Assembly (NCBI GenBank): GCA_037189525.1
Contig: JBBCJC010000002.1
Location: forward strand, 608,001-672,000
Reading direction: 5' to 3'
DNA: 64,000 nucleotides
From: Gemmatimonadales bacterium
GTDB taxonomy: Bacteria; Gemmatimonadota; Gemmatimonadetes; Gemmatimonadales; GWC2-71-9
Numbering within the stretch: the stretch's first letter is position 1; every line of letters begins with the position of its first letter. The notes under the pieces are model-generated. The model did no database searches and had not been told where the DNA came from. It was given only the letters and a program-made list of their open reading frames with translations. The position numbers were made by a program, and so were the translations under genes. Positions 56,365-64,000 of this stretch are shown piece by piece.

Positions 56365-57612
56365 ATGGCAACGACGGCGACCATCCTCCATGCGGATCTC
56401 GACGCATTCTATGCGTCGGTGGAGCAGTTGCTCGATCCCTCGCTGTTGGGGAAGCCCATCGCGGTGGGCGGGGGCGTCGTCCTCGCGGCGTCGTATGAGG
56501 CCAAGGCGTTCGGGGTCCGGGGAGGGATGCCGGGCCGCCGGGCGCGGGAACTCTGCCCCAACCTGATCTTCGTTCCCGGCCATTTCCACGAATACCAGCG
56601 TCTCGGCAACACGGCCCTCGCCGTCCTGGGCGACTATACCCCGCAGGTCGAACGGATTTCGATCGACGAGGCCTTTGCCGACGTGGCAGGTTGCACCCAT
56701 CTGTTCGGTCCTCCGCCCGTCATTGCGGCCGCCATTCGTCGCCGGGTTCGAGACGAACTCGGCCTCCCGATCTCGATCGGTGTTGCGCGCACCAAGCATC
56801 TCGCCAAGATCGCTTCGCAGGTGGCTAAGCCCGACGGTCTGGTGGTGGTCGAGCCCGATCGGGAGCGCGAATTCCTCCATGACCTGCCCGTCGATCTGAT
56901 GTGGGGCGTCGGTCCGGCCGTCCGGGCTCGGCTCGCAGCCATCGGTGTCCACACCATCGGCGAGCTGGCGGCGACCCCGGGCACATCTCTCGAACACCTG
57001 CTCGGCCGCGCCATCGGCGAAAAGCTGGTCGCGCTGGCTGGGAATCGGGATCCCCGCAAGATCGAGCTCGACCGCCGCTCGCATTCGGTCGGTGCGCAAT
57101 CGGCGTTGGGTCGTGCTTCGGCGGACCTGCGGCGGCTCCGTCCGGTGCTGGTCCATCTGGCCGACCGGATCTGCAGCCGGCTCAGGGTCAAGAGCCGCGC
57201 CGGCCGCACCGTCACCGTTCGGGTTCGGTTCGCGGACCTCCGCGCCGTCACCCGGGCCATCACGCTCGACGCCCCGATCGCAGCCACGCCGGTGCTGGCC
57301 GACGTGGCGCTAGGCCTGGTGCGTACGGTGTTACGGGAACATCCCAAGGAGCGGGTGATCAGTCTGGTGGCGATCTCGGTATCACACCTGGAACAGCGTG
57401 CGCACCTGCAGCTCGAACTGTCGTTCGACCTTCCCGACGAGGCACGCCGACCGGGGACGCGGGCCGGCCTGGCCCGACGGGCGGCGGATGGAGCAGTCGA
57501 TGCGATCCGGACCCGGTTCGGATGGGACGCGGTAGGGTACGCTTCGGTAGCGTTGGGTAAGACCCGGTCGGTTCCCGATGCGTTCCGGGAACTGGCCGAG
57601 AAGGATCGGTAG
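56365..57612 (+). CDS. dinB: DNA polymerase IV (Y family)
   Basis: HADLDAFYASVE, ASYEAK, SIDEAF, KIAS...KPDG, WGVG. Confidence 0.95.
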   Translation: MATTATILHADLDAFYASVEQLLDPSLLGKPIAVGGGVVLAASYEAKAFGVRGGMPGRRARELCPNLIFVPGHFHEYQRLGNTALAVLGDYTPQVERISIDEAFADVAGCTHLFGPPPVIAAAIRRRVRDELGLPISIGVARTKHLAKIASQVAKPDGLVVVEPDREREFLHDLPVDLMWGVGPAVRARLAAIGVHTIGELAATPGTSLEHLLGRAIGEKLVALAGNRDPRKIELDRRSHSVGAQSALGRASADLRRLRPVLVHLADRICSRLRVKSRAGRTVTVRVRFADLRAVTRAITLDAPIAATPVLADVALGLVRTVLREHPKERVISLVAISVSHLEQRAHLQLELSFDLPDEARRPGTRAGLARRAADGAVDAIRTRFGWDAVGYASVALGKTRSVPDAFRELAEKDR

Positions 57613-57624
57613 CTGCGCTTAAGG

Positions 57625-58914
57625 TCAGAGCGGAAAGACGCCGATCAGCACCGCGACGATCGTCATCACGATGGTGGTGGCAAAGAGATACCCGATCGAA
57701 TAGCGCTGGTGCGTGCCCAGGTCGAGACGGAGCAGGCCGACCAGCAAAAACGGTGATGGCGTGAGCGGCGTGACCGGAAAGCCGGTCGTCATCTGGCCCA
57801 GCAGCGCCGCCTGCGCAATCTGTGCTTTTGCCAATCCGAAGTTCTGGCCGACCTCGGCCACCACCGGCAGGACCCCCAGATAAAACGAACTGGCATCGAA
57901 GAGCAGGCTGAGCGGCATCGACAGCACCGCGACGATCACGGCGAGGTGTGGACCGAGCTGTGGTGGCAGGAGTGCGGTGCCCGCCTGGGCCAGCGCCGTC
58001 AGCATGCCCGTTCCGGTCAGGATCCCGCTGAAGACGCCGGCGGCAAACAGCAGGCAGGCCATGGTCAGCGCTTCCTTCGCATGCGCTTCGAGCCGCCGCC
58101 GCTGTTCCTGAATGTCGGGATAGTTGAGCAGTAGTGCCAGCACGGTGCCGACCATGAACGCAATCATCGGCTCGGTCAGCCCGGCGATCAGAATCACGAT
58201 GATGGCGATCGTCAGGATCAGGTTGATCCAGAAGCGGTCCGGCCGGCGCAGCGGATCGGGAGTGTCGGTGGTCTGGGGCTCTTCCGGAGCAAGCGCGGCT
58301 ACCCCGGCCAGCCTGGTGCGCTCGCGCGCGCCGAGCCACCATGACACGGCCAGGACGAAGAGGGTTCCCGCCGCTTCAGGAATGATCAGCGGGCGGAACA
58401 GGTCGGCGGGGGAAATCTCCAGGACAGCGGCCGCTCGCAACGTGACGCCCGACCACGGCAGGATGTTGACGCCGGCACCCATCGCGGCGGCGCAGGCCAG
58501 GATGCGGCGGTCCAGGCCCAGCCGGCTGTAGAGCGGCAGCATGGCGGTGACGGTGATCAGGAAGCTCACTGCGCCCGATCCGCTCAGGTGGCTGACCAGC
58601 GCAATCAGGGCGGTGCCGACTACGATGCGCCGCGGATCGTGGCCCACCACGCGGACGATGGCGCGAACGATCGAATCGAGCAGCCCGGCGTCCGTCATCA
58701 CCCCGAAGTACAGGATCGCGAAGACGAACATCCCCATCACCGGCGCCACGCTGCGGACGCCGTCGGTGATCATGGTGCTGGTCGCGCTGCCGGTACCCAG
58801 CGCCAGGGCAGCCAGGATCGGCAGCGTGATCAGTGCCACCAACGCCGAGATCCGCCCCGACATGATCGCGATCAGGGTGAGCAGGATCGTGATCAGCCCT
58901 ACCCATGCGAGCAT
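57625..58914 (-). CDS. CitMHS citrate/metal:H+ symporter family
   Basis: FAILYFGVMTDAGLLD, NILPWSG, FAAGVFSGIL, FYLGVLP. Confidence 0.88.
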   Translation of the reverse strand: MLAWVGLITILLTLIAIMSGRISALVALITLPILAALALGTGSATSTMITDGVRSVAPVMGMFVFAILYFGVMTDAGLLDSIVRAIVRVVGHDPRRIVVGTALIALVSHLSGSGAVSFLITVTAMLPLYSRLGLDRRILACAAAMGAGVNILPWSGVTLRAAAVLEISPADLFRPLIIPEAAGTLFVLAVSWWLGARERTRLAGVAALAPEEPQTTDTPDPLRRPDRFWINLILTIAIIVILIAGLTEPMIAFMVGTVLALLLNYPDIQEQRRRLEAHAKEALTMACLLFAAGVFSGILTGTGMLTALAQAGTALLPPQLGPHLAVIVAVLSMPLSLLFDASSFYLGVLPVVAEVGQNFGLAKAQIAQAALLGQMTTGFPVTPLTPSPFLLVGLLRLDLGTHQRYSIGYLFATTIVMTIVAVLIGVFPL

Positions 58915-59010
58915 AGCCCAGGCGCTCCGCTCGAAGCCGAGTTTGGTACTGAGGTGTCTGTTCTAGGACAGGAATGGCGAACATAACGCCCGGAGAATCC
59001 GCCCTGCAAC

Positions 59011-59042
59011 CCATTGACAAGTTAATTTGTCAATGGCATCAT
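59011..59042 (+). promoter_or_regulatory. Sigma-70 promoter overlapped by a palindromic operator
   Basis: CCATTGACAA-gttaat-TTGTCAATGG; TTGACA-N17-CATCAT, then 7 nt to ATG. Confidence 0.75.
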
Positions 59043-59049
59043 TGGTCGT

Positions 59050-59655
59050 ATGGAGGATCTTGAGGTCGTTACGGATGCCGCCGCTGCTGTCGCGGTGCTG
59101 GACCCTGTCCGGAATCGGTTGCTGGCCGAATTGTCGAGTCCGATTTCGGCTGCGGCGGTGGCGGACCGGGTGGGCCTGACCCGTCAGAAGGCGAACTACT
59201 ACCTGCGGTCGCTCGAGCGGCTCGGCCTGGTGTCGGTGGTCGGAGAGCGGCAGTGGGGCGGGCTGACTGAGCGGCTCTTCCTGGCCAGCGCCGCGTCGTA
59301 CGTGGTCTCGCCTGCTGCGCTGGGGCCGATGGCCGCCGATCCCGCCCGGGCCACCGATCGATGGTCGGCGAGCTACCTGGTGGCGCTGGGAGCGCGCATG
59401 GTCCGCGAGGTCGGGGCGCTCTGGCGTGCCGCCCGCCAGGCAGGCAAGCGCCTCGCCACCCTTTCCATGGATACCGAGATCCGATTCCGAAGCCCGGCGG
59501 AGCGGGCTGCGTTTACCCGAGAGCTCACCGAGATCATGGCTCAGCTGGTGGCGCGATACCACGACGAGGACACCCCCGGCGGCCGCCGGCATCGCGTCGT
59601 CGTGGTCGCCCACCCGATCATGGCCGAGCCGGAAAGGAGCGCAGGATGCCACTGA
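59050..59655 (+). CDS. ArsR-like winged-helix regulator
   Basis: LDPVRNRLL...SAAAVA...RQKANYYLRSLERLGLV. Confidence 0.88.
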   Translation: MEDLEVVTDAAAAVAVLDPVRNRLLAELSSPISAAAVADRVGLTRQKANYYLRSLERLGLVSVVGERQWGGLTERLFLASAASYVVSPAALGPMAADPARATDRWSASYLVALGARMVREVGALWRAARQAGKRLATLSMDTEIRFRSPAERAAFTRELTEIMAQLVARYHDEDTPGGRRHRVVVVAHPIMAEPERSAGCH

Positions 59656-60443
59656 AGCATGAGGGCGATCATCGTTGGGTCGAGATGGAATTTCTGGTCC
59701 CGGGCACGCCGGAGCAGATCTGGGCCGCCGTCGCGACGGGAATGGGAATGACCGCCTGGTTCACGCCGACCAAGGTCGAGGAGCGGGTCGGCGGTGAAAT
59801 CGAGTTCGACTTCGGCGGTGGCGCGACATCATCCGGAAAGGTGACCGTCTGGGAACCGCCCGTTCGTCTGGTCTACGAGGAGCATGGCTGGAACGGTGAT
59901 GCGCCGCCGGTCGCAACCGAAGTCACCGTAGAAACGCGCTCACGCGGTCGCTGCGTCCTGCGGATCGTGCACAGCATGTTCACGGCGGACGACCAGTGGG
60001 ACGATCAGTTCGACGGATTCGAGTCGGGCTGGCCGGGATTCATCGAGGTGCTGCGCATCTATCTCAAGCACCACGCCGGCGCCAAAGCCGCGGTGGTCCG
60101 CGCACCGGTCGTTCACTCGGGCGATGCCGCCGCGGCCTGGTCGACGCTTGCGGGCGATCTCGGCCTGGCCGGATTGAATCGGGAGGCACGGTGGACCGGC
60201 CCTGCGGACCTGCCGCCCGCCTCGGGCGTGGTGGAGCGAATCCAGCAGGATGCCGGCTCGCACGAGGCCATGCTTCGGTTGGATCAGCCGCTTCCGGGCG
60301 TGATGTATCTCGGTACTTACCGGTGGGAAGCGCAAGCGAGGGCGATGGTCGTCCTCTACCTCTACGGCGATCAGGCTGCCGAGCTGGCGGCCACGATCGA
60401 ACCCGCCTGGGTGGCCTGGATGGCGAAGCGATTCCCGTCCTGA
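59646..60443 (+). CDS. SRPBCC (Aha1/CalC-like) domain protein
   Basis: PEQIWAAVAT...WF...WEPP.RL...GW; overlaps the regulator's 3' end. Confidence 0.88.
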   Translation: MPLKHEGDHRWVEMEFLVPGTPEQIWAAVATGMGMTAWFTPTKVEERVGGEIEFDFGGGATSSGKVTVWEPPVRLVYEEHGWNGDAPPVATEVTVETRSRGRCVLRIVHSMFTADDQWDDQFDGFESGWPGFIEVLRIYLKHHAGAKAAVVRAPVVHSGDAAAAWSTLAGDLGLAGLNREARWTGPADLPPASGVVERIQQDAGSHEAMLRLDQPLPGVMYLGTYRWEAQARAMVVLYLYGDQAAELAATIEPAWVAWMAKRFPS

Positions 60444-60485
60444 TTCACACCGGCACCAGCATCGCCCCCGCATCCGCCGACCTCA

Positions 60486-61649
60486 TCATGAGGTCGGCGG
60501 TGGCGCAGTCGGCCCGTCCACGTTCACGACGGTTACGGCAACCTCGACCGGTGGCCCTTCCTCCGCCCCCACCGCTATCGGCGCCTGGGTGTCGTCGACC
60601 GGACCGAACTCCTCCGTGAACATCTCCCACACGGTCAGGAACAGACCCGCCACGACCGGGCCGATCACGAACCCCGACAATCCGACCGACGCCAGGCCGC
60701 CAAGGATGGAGATGAAAACGATCCAATCCGGGATCCGCGTGTCGCGCCCGACCAGGATGGGGCGGAGCACGTTGTCCACCATGCCGATGACCAGCGCGCC
60801 GACCAGGACGAGGATGATGCCTTTCGCGACGTGACCGGTCAGGGCCAGGATGATGGCGGCGGGAATCCAGACGATTCCCGATCCGACTGCCGGCAAGAGC
60901 GAGATGATCGTCATGATCACCCCCCAAAACACCGCGGCAGGAATGCCCAGCAAGCCAAAGGTGATCCCTCCCAGCGCACCTTGCGCCATCGCGACGATGA
61001 TGGTGCCCTTCATGGTGGCCCGCGTGATCCGGGCAAACCGGCTCATCAGGCGCCGTTCGCGCACATCGCCCAGGGGCAGGGCCCGCACGATGGCCGCGGT
61101 CAGTCGATCGCCGTCACGGAGGAAGAAGAACAGCAGGTAGAGGGATACTACGATCATCAGCAGCAGGCGCAGCGCGTTCTGGCCGATCGACAGGGCTTGC
61201 GAGGCCAGGAAGCGGCTGACGGTAACGGCGAACCCGGACAGGCTTTGGCGCAGCCGCTCGACGTCCAACCCGAACCGTTCCATCGTCCGGGTCACCCGCG
61301 GCATGGCCCGCTCGGCGGCGTCGATCGGCGCCTGGACGTTGATGGCGCCGCTTTCGATGCGCTGGTAGAGGGCAGCCGCCTCCCGGGTTACCGCTGCGCC
61401 GATGCCCATGAGCGGCAGCACGACGACGATCAGGATCAGCAGAATGGTTGCCGTTGCCGCCAGCGCTTCCCGGCCGCCCAGCCTCTTCAGCAGCCAGCGG
61501 TACGCCGACTCGAAGAGCACGGCCAGCACCACGGCCCAGAAGATCGGCGTCGCGAGGCTGCCGACCATCCAGAGGAAGGCAATCGTGACGCCGGCAACCA
61601 GCCCGATCAGGAACGTCTTTTCGATCGAGGTCCGAAGCGAGGGGGCCAT
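60486..61649 (-). CDS. AI-2E family transporter
   Basis: LFFFLRDG, AQGALGG, DNVLRPILVG, GFVIGP. Confidence 0.93.
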   Translation of the reverse strand: MAPSLRTSIEKTFLIGLVAGVTIAFLWMVGSLATPIFWAVVLAVLFESAYRWLLKRLGGREALAATATILLILIVVVLPLMGIGAAVTREAAALYQRIESGAINVQAPIDAAERAMPRVTRTMERFGLDVERLRQSLSGFAVTVSRFLASQALSIGQNALRLLLMIVVSLYLLFFFLRDGDRLTAAIVRALPLGDVRERRLMSRFARITRATMKGTIIVAMAQGALGGITFGLLGIPAAVFWGVIMTIISLLPAVGSGIVWIPAAIILALTGHVAKGIILVLVGALVIGMVDNVLRPILVGRDTRIPDWIVFISILGGLASVGLSGFVIGPVVAGLFLTVWEMFTEEFGPVDDTQAPIAVGAEEGPPVEVAVTVVNVDGPTAPPPTS

Positions 61650-61724
61650 GGGGTGGGACTCCGCAAGAGGCCCTCGACGTACGCAGCGCGAGCGTTGCGA
61701 GTCAAGCCCGTCCCACCCGTCAGA

Positions 61725-64000
61725 TCATTCGGTCAGCGCTTCCCGGGCATCGACCCGGGCCGCCTGGCGCCCCGGTAGCCAGCACGCCAGGGCCGCGACG
61801 CCGAAAAGGCCGAGTGCCACCGCTACGACGGTGGGCGGGTCGGTCGCGCGAACACCATAGAGGAGCGACGCGAGCCAGCGTTCTTCCAGCAGCGTCAGGC
61901 CGAGCCCGATGACGATGCCGATCGAGGCATGGCGGAGGCCGCGCCGGACGATCAGCGCCGTCATGGTGTCGGGCGCGGCGCCGAGCGCCAGGCGGATGCC
62001 GATGCTACGCCGTTCCTGCCGCACGGTGTACGAGATCAGACCAAATATGCCAAGCGCAGCAAGCGTAGCCGCCGTGACCGCAAAGCCGATCAGTACGGCG
62101 GTCCAGCGCCGAGGCGCAGCCAGCGAGTTTCCCAAGCGGTCGCTCAGCGTCGCAGTGGCCACCGGTAGCTCAGCATCCAGCCCGCGCGCGGCTTCCCGAA
62201 TTCCGCGGAGCACCTCGGCCGGGTGGCCGGAGGTCCGCGCGACGAGGTGCATCCGCCGCGCCATGCCCTGGACCAGCGGTTGATAGACCGCGTCGGCATT
62301 ACCGGCCAGACCCTGGTACTTCACGTCGCCCACGATCCCGATCACGGTGGTCGGCGGACAGCTGGTGCAACCTCCGCTGATCATCTGCTTGCCGACGGCA
62401 CCGCCTTCCGGATAGTACCGGTTGGCCCAGGCGGCGCTGACCAGCACGACCGGCAAGGCCCCTCCGGAATCCGCCGGCGTGAACATCCGGCCTTCGATCA
62501 ACGGTACGCCCAGGGCGGCGAAGTACCCGGGGGTGACCCCGCTCCAGGGCGCGGTCGGTTCGGCGCCTCCGGGCGGAACCGGTTTGTCGAGTAGATCGAA
62601 ATTGTTGGTTTCGTCGGATTCATCGGGCGGCAGACTCAACGTCATGCCAGCTGCGCTGAGTCCCGGCACCTCGCGGGCCCGCTGCTCCAGTTGCCGCCAG
62701 AAGGTCTGGACGGCGAGGTAGTCACCGTACCGCGATACGGGGAGCGCCATCGTCGCGGTGACTACCCCTTCCGGATCGAACCCCGGATCGACTCGTCGGA
62801 GTTCCATCAGGCTCTGCAGCAACAGCCCCGCGCCCACCAGGAGTGGCAGCGCCAACGCAAACTCGGCCACCACCAGTGCGGAGCGGAGCGCGCCGGTGCG
62901 CCGATCGCTCCCGGTACGCCGGGTATCGATGCGCAGCGAGGCGCCGGCCCGCCCCGTCAGCGCGGCGATCACGGCAGGTCCGCTGACGGCAAGGCCGCTG
63001 GCCAGTGTCGCGATCAACAGGAAGGCCAGCGCCCGCCCATCGAGCGCCACGTGGTGGACCCGAGGCAGATCGGTCACGTGCTCACCAACCAGACGAATGC
63101 CCGCGATCGCGACCATCGATCCGAACAGACCCGCGGCGAGCGTGAGGATCACGCCATCGGTCACCAGCAGCCGGGCCAGGCGGGCTTTGCCCGCGCCGAG
63201 CGCGAGGCGGACGCCGAACTCCTGGGCTCGTCCCGAGGCGCGAACCAGCATCAGCGTGGCCACGTTGGCAATGGCGACGAGCAACACCAGGCCCACGGCC
63301 GCCGCAAAGAGATTGACCTGCGGGCCGGCGTTGCCCACGATCGTCGTCCGGAGCGGTACCGGAGTCAGCTTGGCCGTCTGGTCGCGGAACCCGGTGGCCC
63401 AGAGCGGGAAGATGCGCTCGCTGATGCCCGCCAGGTCACGGGTGGCCGATTCCAGGGTTGCGCCGGGTTTGAGACGGCCAACGACGCGCAGCCAGAACGG
63501 CCCTCGCCGCGGTTGTGTCTCGAGCTGGAGTGCGGTCCAGAGCTCGGCCCGCACCCCGGCCAGTTCCCGGGTCGCGGGTGGAAATACCCCGATGATCTCG
63601 AGACTGATTCCGTCGACCGTGATGCTCTGGCCGATGGCGCGGGCGGGGTCGCCCCAGCGCTGCCGAGCCATCGCGTCGGTAATCAGCGCCACGGCCGGAG
63701 CGCCCGGCGTTTCGTCGGAGGTTCGGATCGGGCGTCCCACCGCGACGGGCGCCCGCAGTGCGTCGAAGAATCCCGCCGTTGCCCGGCCAACCAGGAGTTG
63801 TTCAGGGCCGTTCGGACCGGAAATCCCGCTCGGCACGGCGCGGAAGACGCCCACGGCTTCGAAACTCTGTTGTTGGGCGACAATGGCCTGGGCATCGACC
63901 GTCGAGATTGCCCAGCGATTGGACGGGTTCTGCTGGTAGATCCGCACCAGGCGATCCGCCTCGGGATGCGGCAGCTTGGCAAGCAGGACGGCGTCGACCA
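61725..64000 (-). CDS. ADOP-type duplicated ABC permease (MacB/FtsX repeats), 5' end outside window
   Basis: GRLKPG, IANVATL, EFGVRLALGA, LVVAE, DPGFDP, IGIRLALGA, LPGRQAARVD. Confidence 0.92.
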   Translation of the reverse strand, partial: VDAVLLAKLPHPEADRLVRIYQQNPSNRWAISTVDAQAIVAQQQSFEAVGVFRAVPSGISGPNGPEQLLVGRATAGFFDALRAPVAVGRPIRTSDETPGAPAVALITDAMARQRWGDPARAIGQSITVDGISLEIIGVFPPATRELAGVRAELWTALQLETQPRRGPFWLRVVGRLKPGATLESATRDLAGISERIFPLWATGFRDQTAKLTPVPLRTTIVGNAGPQVNLFAAAVGLVLLVAIANVATLMLVRASGRAQEFGVRLALGAGKARLARLLVTDGVILTLAAGLFGSMVAIAGIRLVGEHVTDLPRVHHVALDGRALAFLLIATLASGLAVSGPAVIAALTGRAGASLRIDTRRTGSDRRTGALRSALVVAEFALALPLLVGAGLLLQSLMELRRVDPGFDPEGVVTATMALPVSRYGDYLAVQTFWRQLEQRAREVPGLSAAGMTLSLPPDESDETNNFDLLDKPVPPGGAEPTAPWSGVTPGYFAALGVPLIEGRMFTPADSGGALPVVLVSAAWANRYYPEGGAVGKQMISGGCTSCPPTTVIGIVGDVKYQGLAGNADAVYQPLVQGMARRMHLVARTSGHPAEVLRGIREAARGLDAELPVATATLSDRLGNSLAAPRRWTAVLIGFAVTAATLAALGIFGLISYTVRQERRSIGIRLALGAAPDTMTALIVRRGLRHASIGIVIGLGLTLLEERWLASLLYGVRATDPPTVVAVALGLFGVAALACWLPGRQAARVDAREALTE

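Noticed and set aside
1..64000. CRISPR arrays, tRNA/rRNA, transposases, integrases, prophage genes
   Set aside because: None seen by eye; a covariance-model scan would be needed to exclude small RNAs.

Overview
High-GC bacterial chromosomal window, gene-dense, with no rRNA, tRNA, CRISPR array, transposase or integrase visible. Gene content (ADOP permease, many secreted peptidases, HEAT/ECF module) suggests Gemmatimonadota or Acidobacteriota; this is an inference. Main blocks in order: PaaI thioesterase and Hsp20 with a sigma-54-type promoter; a Tat-signalled HisC-like aminotransferase; an S9 peptidase; an mtnP-apt-mtnA-class II aldolase operon (DHAP-shunt type); a D-amino-acid hydrolase/dehydratase cluster; a membrane AraC regulator with a serine hydrolase; a decayed patch holding a yefM-yoeB module bracketed by integron-cassette-like core sites; an eight-gene MoxR/vWA/DUF58/BatA envelope operon of unknown function; M61 and S41 peptidases; an ECF sigma/anti-sigma/two-HEAT-protein operon; a 1338-aa membrane-anchored STAND-like NTPase with about ten 46-aa Cys-containing helical repeats (best candidate for a new NLR-like system); M42, M28 and fRMsr-like genes; acyl-CoA synthetase; dinB; CitMHS; ArsR-SRPBCC; AI-2E; and a partial ADOP permease. 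A recurring ECF-type promoter (GAAAC-N16/17-CGT) precedes four transcription units, including the MoxR operon. All product calls come from motif recognition by eye; no database searches were run.
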